Part shown: piece after piece, positions 12,801-24,032 of the stretch
Numbering within the stretch: position 1 is the first letter of the stretch
How the letters are laid out: each line of letters opens with the position of its first letter
NCBI GenBank assembly: GCA_965637545.1
Contig: OZ281499.1
Location: forward strand, 5,642,001-5,706,000
Reading direction: 5' to 3'
Length of the DNA stretch: 64,000 bases
From: Phallusia mammillata
Taxonomy: Eukaryota
Notes under the pieces: generated by a model
The model's database searches: none
Seen by the model: the letters and a program-made list of their open reading frames with translations, nothing else
Told to the model about the DNA's origin: nothing
Made by a program: the position numbers and the translations under genes

Positions 12801-15800
12801 CAAATCCATCAAGGATTTGATGGAAAAATGAGTCGGACAAACTTTGGGGAGAAGAAAAAAGAAAGAAAAAAAAACAAAAAAATTTTGAGTAAAATCAATA
12901 TGTGTCCCCTTCAGGGAAGGGGACTCATAATTACCTTGGTGGTTGGGAAATTGATATCAGTCATAACAACAGAAACATCAACCATTCCACTATGCATGTG
13001 TTTTAGAGTGTAATATCCTTCAGCATTTGTCACATCTTGTTCCTTGTCTCCAATCATCACCTTGGCACCTAAAAAATATATTTTTTCATTTGGACCAGTA
13101 TGTTAGGGTTACCAGAATTTTGACACAACATTTGTGTAAATTTTCAAAAACAGTTTTAATGTCAGGAATTTTAGCATCTTGTAGTCTAACCTTAGGTAAT
13201 TCTTAACAATTATTTTCCTGGGGACATATAGGTTATGCTTTAACTGTTGTCTGTGCAGTTTTGGTGTAAAAAGCTAAGTACGTACATGTGAAACAAGGCG
13301 ATTTTTCGTTTTTCGTCTTGAAAGCTAACAATATGCGATCAAAGTTTGGTCTTGCTAAAGATATTTATTGATATTGTCAGAAATTTTAATCATGCAGGTA
13401 TGTTAACCTTATATTATGTAGATACTAAATTTTTTAAAACATACCCGAAACAGGTTTTCCTTTGGCAGAATTCAAAACTCGACCTTGGACAGAGAACCCA
13501 GTGACTTTGAATCCATCGCTGTGGTCAACTCGAGAGTTTTGAACAGAAAATTTCAGTTCTTGAGGCTCAACATCAAACCTATAAAATGCTATTTTGTCAG
13601 TAAACTGGCTTAGTTTAAATTACACATCATATGTATAAATTGAATGAAGACAATTAATAATCATATCAAATGTGATCAAATAAATAAAAGTTCTGTATTT
13701 CAAACTCGGGTCAATAGTGCTTCTAGAGGTCAATAAACTACAAAAAGACACATGCAAACTCCCACTGGTTAAACTAACCATTTCTCTAATTTTCGAGTGG
13801 TGAAAATAACAGCTTTCTAGTATAAAATAGGCCACTGTTATTTTTGCTGTAGCCTATTTTTACTTTGTAATGTACATAAATAGGAGTATACTGCAAATAT
13901 CTTTTTTTTGGTTCGTCAAAAATGGATGTGCATTTAGGTTAAATAAAATATTATCCGTGCTTTGCTTGATTTTAAAACTACAATGTATACACAGATATTT
14001 TTGTATGCTGTAATTTATTGTGTAAATGTACTTACTGCATATGGTCTTCCCTGTGGTAGGGTAAAATAGAGTATAGAGCTGGTGGCAAGCTTGGAAACAC
14101 ATATGACCCATCAGCACCAGAAGTGGTTGCACAAACAAAAATGGGATGACTGTCACATCGGACCTGTTCAGAGCCACTAGGGCGAGCTACAGAGCAACCA
14201 CCAACCTGCAAAAAAAATTCATTTCATTATCCTGCTAAAATGTTCCCAAAGTTTGTTTTATAATAAACTTAGGTACATTATTCTCGGTTTTAAATAATCT
14301 GAGCAAAGTAATATTGAAGCAGGAATAAAAAGGTAGAAAGGTGCAATATTTAACAACAGTTACAAACCTTTTCTTTTAATTTTGTATTGGTGAAGAGAAG
14401 CAAGTGAACGCCAGAAACTGGTTGCCCTTGTGCTGAGACATGCCCGTGAACATCGAAACCCGAAACAATGATGTCATTCTGACTTCTTATGTTATTGTTT
14501 GCCACTGTCACTTTTGTTTGGCTCTAGAGATTAAACAGTAAAAAATGAGCTCTTGGAGTATCACAACACAGGAAAAAGTCATTGGCATTAAACTGCTAAT
14601 GTAAAGACTGCATCAGGCTTTACAAAACCTAAAAAACAAATTAAATTACTGTTGTCCAATCCAGCAGAACATTGCCCAGAAAGTGGTCTAAAAAAGGTAC
14701 ATGTCCCAAATTTTAGGTGTAATCAATTCATGTAAAGGACTCTTTAAAGTCATATTTGGTTTAGTTGTAAGGGATTTGGTTATTTGAGCAATTCTTTTAC
14801 ATTGTTTAGCCATACCTTTTTAAAAGTGTATGAAGGATGTGATGCCACTATTTCATATTTTCCTGGTAGAACTCCATTAAATGCATAACTCCCATCTTCT
14901 GTAGTGGTGGTTTTAAGTAAAGTAGTTTGATCTTTAACAAGGGCTACTACTAAATCTTTGGGACCAGTTGATGAAGAACCAACAGTCAAAATCTGAACCA
15001 AAAACACATTTTTTTAGAATCAGACACAGATTTAGGACCTCAAATTTGAAAACAGTCACATGACAAAAGCTGTAAAGCAAGTTTACATGCAAAGAAAATT
15101 TCATTGAATCACTTCTAAATTTTTTTGGCATTTCTAAGCAGAAATTTGTAACAAAGTTTACTGTAGCTCAATGTGAAAAAGAATGCAAATCCAACAGTAC
15201 CAACATTTTACGAATTAACTATTTTGAATTAAGATTGTTTTTTACCTGTCCAGTGACCATAAACCCCTTAAAGAGAAAATTGATATCTTGTCCCTTCGTG
15301 CAGGGGTCAGTTATCCCATCCACATGAAGATCTACTGTCATTGGGTCTGTAGACAAATAAGTCTTGTTCGTATTTTGATTTGTATTAGAAGGAAAACGTT
15401 TTAGTGCATAAATTTACATTTTCATTTGTTGGCAAGTGTTTAAATTTATGTTGTAATAGAAGATATTTTAAATTGTATACCAATAGATACTATCAAAAAG
15501 ATCGAAATTTAAAAAGTATTTATTGACTACATAAGTTACCGAAAGAAGTTATGGTGTATTTAAATATTTACTCATTTAAATAAAAAATGTTAACAAATGC
15601 TCCTAAATAAAAAAAATAAAAAATAAGACTTTGAAATGATTACAAACCGATATCAACATGTTTGTAATAAGCAGTCATACATTAAAAGCATAAAATCTCC
15701 AAAATCAAAAGTTTTTACAGATCGAACTTACCAAATATCCATCCTTTTGGTGGTTGAATTTTCAACACAAAGTCACCCTAAAAAATGCAAATCATACAAA

Positions 15801-16122
15801 TTCAGCAAACTGCTTATCACACAAGAAGCACAAATGTATGACTTACCTTATCAACAAAGGGGACCATAAAATATCCATTATTTGGTGCACATTCTGTTTG
15901 ATATTTTAGTATTCCCTCCGCAGTTAGAAGCTGAATCTAAAAAAGCACAATTTGTTTCATATTTTTTGATCACTTTTATTCAAAATTTTCTTCTTCATGA
16001 TTTACCTCAATTTGTGAGAAGTCAATGGATACATCAGATTTTACAAAACCCCCACATCCGAGAATTTCTTGGCTGGCAACAACTTTCGTGAAACACAACA
16101 AAACCACAACGCACAAATTCAT
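824..16122 (-). CDS. NOMO: Nodal modulator (NOMO1-like), multi-exon type I ER membrane protein
   Basis: Exon 1 16006-16122 reads MNLCVVVLLCFTKVVASQEILGCGGFVKSDVSIDFSQIE (signal peptide + GCGGFVKSD). Next exons give IQLLTAEGILKYQTECAPNNGYFMVPFVDK / GDFVLKIQPPKGWIF. Internal exons match ORF-track pieces at 14780, 10768, 9748, 7734, 5580, 2561 and 1829. TM exon ~1044-1140 (VSVFTLPFTLLVIFLAYNYSQ); last exon ends ...RSGRKKRN* (TGA 826-824). GT-AG boundaries at the exons checked; not all internal exons delimited. Confidence 0.92.
1526..1734. repeat. 31-bp minisatellite, ~6.5 copies, in a NOMO intron
   Basis: Unit aaaaatatgacttttgt(aac/gat)agaaccggctg repeated head to tail with two interleaved variants; explains the periodic ORFs at 1418-1763. 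Confidence 0.95.
3791..4004. mobile_element. hAT-type MITE (cagtggttctcaaact family)
   Basis: TIRs cagtagttctcaaact ... agtttgagaaccactg. Related ends at ~274, 20456, 28289, 34524, 58063 and ~59550. Confidence 0.75.
4012..4389 (+). mobile_element. hAT MITE with CAGGGTTGCCA TIRs
   Basis: TIR cagggttgccat / atggcaaccctg; perfect 8-bp TSD ggtatata (4004-4011, 4390-4397); internal gtccttattt repeats; homologous copy at 30180-30668. Confidence 0.9.
5800..5900 (-). mobile_element. tRNA-derived SINE-like copy with internal deletion
   Basis: B-box (ggttcgaatccc on - strand) and the same flank as the 6849 copy (gtcgaatcacaagcaccgttgcctgcctc); D/anticodon part missing. Confidence 0.7.
6775..6972 (-). 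mobile_element. tRNA-derived SINE-like element (tRNA-like core 6849-6923)
   Basis: - strand GCCTGTG-TA-GCTCAGTTGGTAGAGT...GTAGGTTCGAATCCCAC-TGCAGGC: A box, B box, 7-bp acceptor stem, unpaired anticodon arm, followed by a T run. Flanks shared with the 5800 and 8105 copies. Confidence 0.75.
8105..8206 (-). mobile_element. 5'-truncated copy of the same tRNA-derived SINE
   Basis: - strand gaaagactcttgtcgtgggttcgaatcccaccgcaggctatatttttacagcctacgccttgtcatgtgggaatgcttggtgaccgactgaatc matches the 3' half and tail of the 6775-6972 element. Another B-box fragment at ~63380-63410. Confidence 0.7.
12085..12930 (+). mobile_element. Non-autonomous Helentron/DINE-1-like element containing a ~155-bp tandem array
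   Basis: About 5 units starting ggggcta at ~12093, 12249, 12394, 12549 and 12709. Terminal GC-rich hairpin gtccccttc-agg-gaaggggac (12904-12924) followed by cataa. Left boundary uncertain (may extend to ~11700). Confidence 0.6.
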
Positions 16123-16608
16123 TCCTTATCTTACAATACTATGCCACGGTGGCACAAACTGATAGTTACAGAATAAATTAGTTAAAAAGTAAAACTTTAA
16201 TGACAAAGATAAACGTCTACGGAGTTTTTTCCACAGATGCAAAGCTAAATTAATGGTAGTATTTTTGTTTCGCTTTTCTTGCAAGCCAAAAACCAAAACC
16301 ACCGGTCCATGTGAAAATACATTTAGTATAATAACGTACCCACCAGAAGGCAGAAATCAAAAATGTTTTCATCGTTAATAAAAAAACGCAAAGCTATATT
16401 ATACAGAACTTTCCACTAAAAAGTAGTATATTTAAACATAAATTATTTTGTGCTCCTAACAAAACAACAGTTGTTGGAGTTTCACTCCATGTTTGTATTT
16501 GTTTGTAGTTTGCACTTAAAATAACCACTCACGTAGAACGGAACTGCTCAGGCGTAGATGAGATGCCGGCAATATTTTTTTGTTTCCAAAAACTCCTAGA
16601 ATTATGGG

Positions 16609-16814
16609 TAGAGCTACTAACACTGGAATTTGGCTAGCACCCGGTCTGGGATTTTCTGATAAGTGGCGCAACGGAGCATAGGCGTTTATGGTGCTGACTC
16701 AGCAATGTGGGTTTATGGTAAGAATAATTGCCGAGTCAGCACCATTCCCGCCTATGCTCTGTCGCGCCACCTACCAAACCGGGCGTTAGCTGAGTTCCAG
16801 TGTCAGTAGTTCTA
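16609..16814. mobile_element. Foldback MITE, TA-flanked (Tc1/mariner-like), upstream of NOMO
   Basis: Arms tagagctactaacactggaa...gtggcgcaacggagcataggcg..atggtgctgactcagcaat and attgccgagtcagcaccat..cgcctatgctctgtcgcgccac...ttccagtgtcagtagttcta are near-perfect reverse complements over ~90 bp. Confidence 0.8.
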
Positions 16815-17519
16815 CCAGAATTATGATGCCGAAAGAACGATTCGCAAAATTGTAACCATTTGTTGTTGATTTTTTAATAAAATCCAAAAGATAGTCCCAA
16901 AGACCCTGAAAAGGAACATTCATTTTCGTCTGTTGAGGAACATAGCCTACATACCGACAATAACGGGCAAAAAAACGGTTTGCTTTATTTTCAGACTTTG
17001 CACAAAGTGAACTCTGAAGAAAGTTTTGTCCCGTCGTTTTCTCCAACCGTTGCGATTTACTGTTTTTTGGCGAACTTGGGATGTACATGTAACGTCATAA
17101 TTGGTAAAATATTTTGAATTCGGTAACGTAAATTGCTTTTGTGCTTTAATCAGTTTTTAGATTGCTTTTGTCGTATTGGCTTGCATTGGTCTTAAGTTGT
17201 AAAGGGTATTTTAAGCAGTTGTACTGTTATGTATGGAGGTTCGATTTTGCAATAACTGCAACTTATTGATGGAATAATTGGCCATTGTTATAATGTTAAA
17301 ACCCTAAAATTAATTTAGGGCCTAAATCCTCTATCATTATGATTGAAACATAACTAATTTTGGTTTAACATCTTGTTTCAGGTACTGTTGGCTTCGTTGT
17401 ACATAATCTGTTCTACTTCGCTGTGCATCAACATTTTTTAGCAAACGTGTAATCACATAGGTAAACTTTGTATTAAAACATTTGGCAACTTGACAACACG
17501 CTTCAGTCGGATGGGACAA

Positions 17520-17575
17520 TGTTTTTTTCAGTTTCTGACATTCTGCATTTCTGTCAGAAACGTCATAAGTTGTTC
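17520..17575 (-). promoter_or_regulatory. SECIS element (type I) of deiodinase A
   Basis: - strand ATGAC-GTTTCTGACA-GAAATGCAGAA-TGTCAGAAAC-TGAA: AUGA/GA core, perfect 10-bp helix II, apical loop with AAA; ~130 nt after the stop. Confidence 0.88.
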
Positions 17576-17700
17576 CGTAACCAATTAAGCAAATCGCCAA
17601 ACATGAACAATGAAACATAAAAAATAAAAAGGTAATTTAAGGCAGTTAAGAAGAAAATATTTGCATTAAACAAATTGCGTGAAATAAAAGTGTTTAAAAG

Positions 17701-18744
17701 TTAGAACTTAGGTTTGTTTTGTTGCCTTTTCAACCACTTTTCCACTTTAGATATTTTATAATGAAAAGGCCCAGTTCCGCCGACGAATTTAATTTTTTTG
17801 TCCACAATCCCATACAACCGGTCGGGCATAGCACCGTAGGACAAATTCGCTTCGTTCGCTACGTTGTCAACCAAGATCGTGACGTCATCGATTTTGACGT
17901 TTTCCCTGAACAACTGCGCAGCGGCTAAACGCCCTTCTGCGCTCATAAGATTCGGGATGTCGGATAAATTAGGATCGTCGTTCGGATGAGCTTCTTGTAT
18001 ATATACGACAACGAAGTCTGCGACGGTCTTGTAAGTTTCAATAAGTTTCTTGAACTTAATGATCTGCAAATGTTATTTAAAGACGGTTTTTATTTGGAAA
18101 TTAAATTTTTTGACAAATTTTTGGCATTGATGCGATTTTTAGGGGCTATGCTAAAACAGCTTAATAAATAATTTTTGACATAAAAATTTAAATCAATTTT
18201 TAAATCAGCAAAACTTTAATTTCAATCAATTTACGCGAATAGTAAGTGACATTTACCAAAGTAATAAAATTATCTGTAGTGAAAACTCAGGGGTTTTCGC
18301 ATCCTTTATCGACAAACTCCTCCCTTAACAATTCAAAACATTTTTACCCCACTCTAATATGCCACATAGTAGATGCAAAACTATACAAACACATTTGAAA
18401 TTGGGTCTTTCACCAACTTCGCAGGCCATAACCTAACTTCAAAGTTTACGTGTCTATTTAGAAACCACATGCAAAAATTTTATTTTTTTGCAGTCTTATG
18501 CAGTAAGCAATTTCATTTTAAACAATAAATAAAAAAATTTCACCTTTTTCATGAAAAAATGTCAGGAACCGGACCCAAAATTGACCACTAGAGGTCGTCC
18601 GGGACGTGAGAACTCGAGAAGATTGCTCTCTTTGCCAGCGTTGAGATCAACAAGTTTCACATCGGGGGCATCACCATTTTGTTTTGCAATTTTATTAAAC
18701 TGTATTTTATGAGCATATATTATCTCGCGTAGTTTGGTCGCCAT
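17701..18744 (-). CDS. DIO: Iodothyronine deiodinase-like selenoprotein A (divergent; 5' exon not located)
   Basis: Exon 18544-18744 MATKLREII...RPLVVNFGSGS-U-HFFMKK (TGA 18564-18562); exon 17701-18063 IIKFKKL...VYIQEAH...YGAMPDRLY...GGTGPFHY. Same phase-0 intron position as paralogs B-D; SECIS downstream. Confidence 0.88.
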
Positions 18745-20455
18745 CTGCAAAACAAACTTATAGCATTAATTTTTTATTTTTTGCTTTTTAAAAAAAATAA
18801 TGCTTTTTGTTGTTGTTATTTTCATTGGGTTTCTAGTCCAAATTCTACCGCATAGTTTTAACAAGAAAAAAAACAACAGATCTCATTGTCCTCATATAGT
18901 TTAAACTATAGGTGAGCAGCACAACGAAGTACCATTTTTTCAATTGAAAAATTTTTTTTTCAATAAAATGCTTCGCATATGCTGTTGTGCTTACGGTTGA
19001 CCGTCGCTGTCTATCAGAAACAAAGCCAACTTTCACACAAAATAAATCATTTAAAACTTAGATCTGACATGCAAGTTGCAAACAGTTTTTATACGTCATG
19101 TAAACTTTGCCGAGCTAAAACGTTTTAATGAACTTATGTTCAAGCACAAGTCAACCATACAACCATACAAGCCGCTGCTCTTATCGGAATGAAACGTTTC
19201 AATTTTAACAAAACCACGCACCGCACTTGTTAACCGCTTGTGAAAGAGTGGCTGAAGTAGGTCAAAACAGTTAAAAAAGAAAAAAAGTTCGCAGAATGCA
19301 CAACCCACGTCGTAAAACGAAATACAACGCTTCTAAAATTTGTTTCGGTCTATGCAAGCTCGCTTGAGTTTCGTACGTTGCGTTTTTCTAATTTTACACA
19401 ACGTTGTGGGTACTTTAGTACAAACCCGGTTAAAATAACATTTTGTCACTTGTTGACACACTTTCGACCACACTTCTCAATGGAACAAAGTAAACAGGTA
19501 CTGTTTTTGCAGCAGGACGACGGTGCTACGAGAAGCAACGGGAATTTTTCTGCATTTATAGCGGAATAATTCTGCACTGTCATTGTGACTAGCTGAACTT
19601 AAAACGATTTAATTACTGTGGTCCTGAAAACGTCACGAAGCTGATGAGCCTAAAAGCATATCGCAGCGAAACGGTTTTTGAAGAATATGTTTCCTTACAC
19701 AACACTGACGACAGTGCTACGTCATACAACGTCATGTCATTTTGCTTACGTGTAAGGAATTAGTATTGCAACTTGTAACTTATTATTTGAAAATACAAAC
19801 ATATGAACACATAGTTGTAAGTAGGCCTAAAAATGGAGTTCTAACCAGAAAGTATACAAGCAGAAACCAAACCTTTAATAAAAAAAGCCAGAAAAAGTAT
19901 CTATTAAACCCTAACCTAGCAAAATTGCAAAAAACGGCCAGAATCAAGTATTTAAATAAAACTTAGCCCAATATCCGGGTTGACCTTTGACCTTACCTTT
20001 ATGGATAGGCATAAATACAATAAAAAAAAATTGCAAGATTTGTATAACTGAAACAATGACTTCTTTTTGTTTCTAAAATTTTTACTGGCAATTGGTTTGT
20101 AAAAAGCGACGTGTCTTATTCATCAAACGTTTCGTTAATAACTCATGCCATCATTGGAAATACCCTTACTGCCGAAACTTTCGATAAAAACATGCGTGTC
20201 GCTTTTAATAACCCATGTTTGCCAGCATATATTAGTTGTACATCTATGTGTCAGCACATGTTAGTTGTAAAATATACAAGTCATGAAAATAAAGACGCCC
20301 CGTTTTAAAACTTCGATTTTGGATTTAGATTAGACTTTAAGTTTGTTTTGCGCAAATTTTGATATGTCGTTATTGCCATGTAAACAACAGAAAGTATAAA
20401 AAATGCAGTAACAATAAAATCTATAGCAAACTTAAAACCTATTGGTAGTCTAGAC

Positions 20456-20745
20456 CAGGGGCTACTCAAACTTTCTTGCTCTGCGACCCCATTTTTTAAA
20501 CAGAAATTTCTACGCGATCCCTTGATGGTTTGCACACAATAGGCATAAAAAAGTCTGACGGATATGGCTACTAGGCTGGCAATACTCTTAAGTTCTACAA
20601 AATGTGTTTAGAGCAGTTTGAATACACGGGAATGATGTTTAAACAATAAATGTACGCACGTATACCATTTCTTGTGACTGACATAAGATTCCATAATGTT
20701 TCGCGACCCCAATTGGGGTCGCGGCCCACATTTTGAGAAGCCCTG
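20456..20745. mobile_element. hAT (Buster/Charlie-like) MITE
   Basis: TIR cagggctactcaaa / tttgagaagccctg; perfect palindromic 8-bp TSD gtctagac (20448-20455, 20746-20753). Confidence 0.9.
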
Positions 20746-21144
20746 GTCTAGACAACGTGATGGGTGCTACATAAAGTAATAATACGTTTTTTTGAGTAAA
20801 GTACAAAAAAAAACTGCTATATATTAACCGCATAATAGCAGACAAGTGAAATTAAAAGTATGAAATTAAAATTCAATCTCAAAAAGATATACAGTGCAGG
20901 GTGTATTTTGTTATGTGGGGAAATACAATTTTAATAGTATGAAAAAAAGGAACAAAACGTATTCCAATGCCATTAATAGTCATAATCTTTCATATTACCG
21001 CAATGACCAGCAGTTTTGTCGTCACGCATGAGTGCTCCGTGTTTCTCGCCCGAATGCAAATTTGCTTTGTACCGGAAAATCAACATCGTCGCTATACACT
21101 AAAAATCTCATATTGTACTTCTGTCATAAAGGAGCAAGTGCAAT

Positions 21145-23050
21145 ATGTTAAGTTTGGCATGGATGTACTTAAAGATTACTGTAGCATCCATAGCTAGTTT
21201 GCTGACCATTTTGCTGGTAGATGTACTTCATCGAATTGGAATTTTCAAACTGACTGGCTACAAGAATGCTGCTATGCCAGAAGGCTTGTTTAAGGTTTGT
21301 ATTTTTAAAACATAGAAATTTATATAGTGTGTAAGATGTTTTACAGTTAGTTTGCTGTCGTTCGGCTTGGATGTATATTGTAGCACCACTGTTTATCTAA
21401 AAGCAACTTCCAGACTTGACAACATATTTGTCAATGCAACTTAATGTGTTAGGTCAGGGTGGCCCAAGACAAGAGAATAAAGGGCCACCGTAGGGTTTGC
21501 CTAATACTTTGCGGGCCGCAAAGTAAAAACTGTTTTGTATCAAATGACTGAATTTAAATTTGCTGTTGCTCACTGACACACTGTTTCAATGTTCCTGTAA
21601 GCACTAACGTTTGTAAAAAGAAGAAAACAAATCCAGTCGTTCAAATGTCGCTACAACGAGTGCAAGCGCTATTATTGCCGTACAAAAGATACATATTGAC
21701 TTGCTATGTGATGATAGGCGTATTAGGGCTTTGGCTATTGCGACCAATTTGATGATTATATGCAATTTTTGCGGTGTGCACAAATGTAAAGCTTGTGTGG
21801 GACAATAATTTAACAACGTAATTCAAGTGTAATGAAAAAAAACCTTTACAGATGACAACACCAAAAGCCATCTTTGCGGAAAATTGGACTCAATTCCATA
21901 TGACAGCGAAAAAGGGGGCGAACGCACCTAACGTCAAACTGCACGTATTGGGTTCCAATCGAATACAGAAATTGTTAGATTTTGCTGCTCCTGGTCGCCC
22001 ACTAGTGATAAACTTTGGCTCCTGCTCTTGACCTCCGTTTATGGAAAAGGTAAATACCCGATACGAGTCAGAGATAAAATACACACATTTATATATGCTT
22101 TTTTTGGTGTATAAGTTCTAGGCATATATTTATGTGATTTCAGCAAAGCAAATATAGTAGATATGATACCTAATACAAGAAGCGTTTGTTAGTGGGCGTC
22201 TCGTAAGGCAGTGGTCTGCAACCACCTGTGCCGGTCCGTGAAGGGTTTGTTACCGGGCCGCGTAAAACTTAGGTTTACATTGAATAAAAGTTGAAATAAC
22301 TGTTATTAGTTTTCAATGCTGAACATTTGTGGTTTTTATAGGCCGGTCCGTGAATAAAAGTTCAGTTTCAAACCGGTCCGCAGTACAAATAAAGCAAAAT
22401 CGTACCACAGCTAAAGCTTACACTACGCTTAAACCAGTCTGTTTTTATTTTTATTTTTTTTAATATATATAAGGAGCCACTGCTCTGTTGTTGTTTTTTC
22501 CTTTCATTTTTTTGTTAGAACACGTCTTAAAATCTTTCTCGTAATGGACTGACAGTGTTATTTTTTCGCTATTACATTGATTACAAAGATGAACAGAGAC
22601 TGATCAAAATGTGTTTAAATCTTTGGTTGTAACCCGCCTAATTCTGCAGTAGCCTAAATGTCTCTCAAACTGTGTTTCTACATGCAGATTGGACAGTTTA
22701 AAAAACTGATCCAAACTTACAAGGACGATGTCGACTTCGTTGTCGTATATATAAGCGAAGCTCATCCTACAGACGGCTGGAATATAACCGGAAATAAATA
22801 CCAAATTTCAAACCACCGTAGCATTGAAGAGCGAATGGACGCAGCGCAATTGTTCAGTGATGAAGTCAACATCGATAACGCTACAATCCTGGTTGATAAC
22901 ATGGACAATGAAGCAAACAATGCTTATGGTGCAACTCCAGAACGTTTGTTTATTGTCTTGGACGGGAAAATTGCTTACATGGGGGGTAAAGGTCCATTGT
23001 TTTACAATCTTAAAGAAATGACTCAAAAATTATTAGAAATGCTGCAATAA
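21145..23050 (+). CDS. DIO: Iodothyronine deiodinase selenoprotein B
   Basis: Exon 21145-21294 (MLSLAWMYLKITVASIASLLTILLVDVLHRIG..., TM anchor); exon 21852-22049 (...RPLVINFGSCS-U-PPFMEK, TGA 22029-22031); exon 22688-23050 (YISEAHPTDGW...SNHRSIEER...YGATPERL). All phase-0 GT-AG. Confidence 0.93.
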
Positions 23051-23087
23051 GCAATTTTATTTAAAAAGGCAAGAATGTTTACTTAAC

Positions 23088-23154
23088 TTTTGCAAATTGT
23101 GACGAAGCGAGTTAAAATCCACGAGGTAACCTCGTTTCTGATTTTACTGCAAAA
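23088..23154 (+). promoter_or_regulatory. SECIS element (type II, GUGA variant) of deiodinase B
   Basis: ttttgca-aatt-GTGAC-gaagcgagtt-AAA-atccacgaggt-aacctcgtttc-TGAT-tttac-tgcaaaa: helix I, G.A core, helix II, AA bulge, mini-stem. Confidence 0.85.
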
Positions 23155-24032
23155 TTTTGTCATATTTTTGCTCTTTTGTTTTTGCTACTGCTTTTTGTTA
23201 ATGTTGTAAACTTCAATTTTTTTGTATTTTAACAACGTTTTGTGGTTACAAGTATAAAACAAGCTTTTGTTGCAAATTAAATGTATTTTTAAATGCAAAA
23301 ATGTCACATGTGTTACCCAAATATGATATTACTACACTGTATAAAATCCCGTTATAACTGTATAACTGTGAAGCTACATTCAAATTGGTTGTGCAGCAAA
23401 AAAGAGGGCGGGTATGGTTGCCTTAAGGACAGCTGCCTCAAGTTTAGGTGACAGGGTGAAAATTATCGATGGTAGTCGTACCACAATAAAGAAATCTAGT
23501 TGACAACAAACCTTTAGTGATCGAGGTATACAAAACATTTGTAAACGCAAAAAGTGAAAGAATAAAGATTAATAGTAATTATAGACCAATTTAACAAACA
23601 AATTCAATACCCTCGTCCTAAGTAAGCTACAAACGTAACAGATAATTCGTTTCATAAATTTTACTTTTAAAATTCAATCTCAGAAAGATTTACAGAGCAG
23701 GGTGTATTTTGTTACAATAGGGAAACACAATTATATTAGTATGAAAAAAACTGATCAAAACGTATTCCAATGCCAGTAATAGTAACAGTTTTTAGTATCA
23801 CGGCAATGACCAGCAGTTTTGCCGTCACGCATGAGTGCTTCGTGTTTCTGAAATGCAAATATGCTTTGCGTCGGAAAACAAACATTGTCGCTACACTGAA
23901 AATGTCATTTTGTACTTTTACACGATATAGTTTGTTTATTCACCTGTCCTGTGCAGGTTTAGAACGCAATCTGCAGTTTAGAATCATTGCATTGTCACAT
24001 GTATTCGGTCGTCATAAAGGAGCAAGTGCAAT

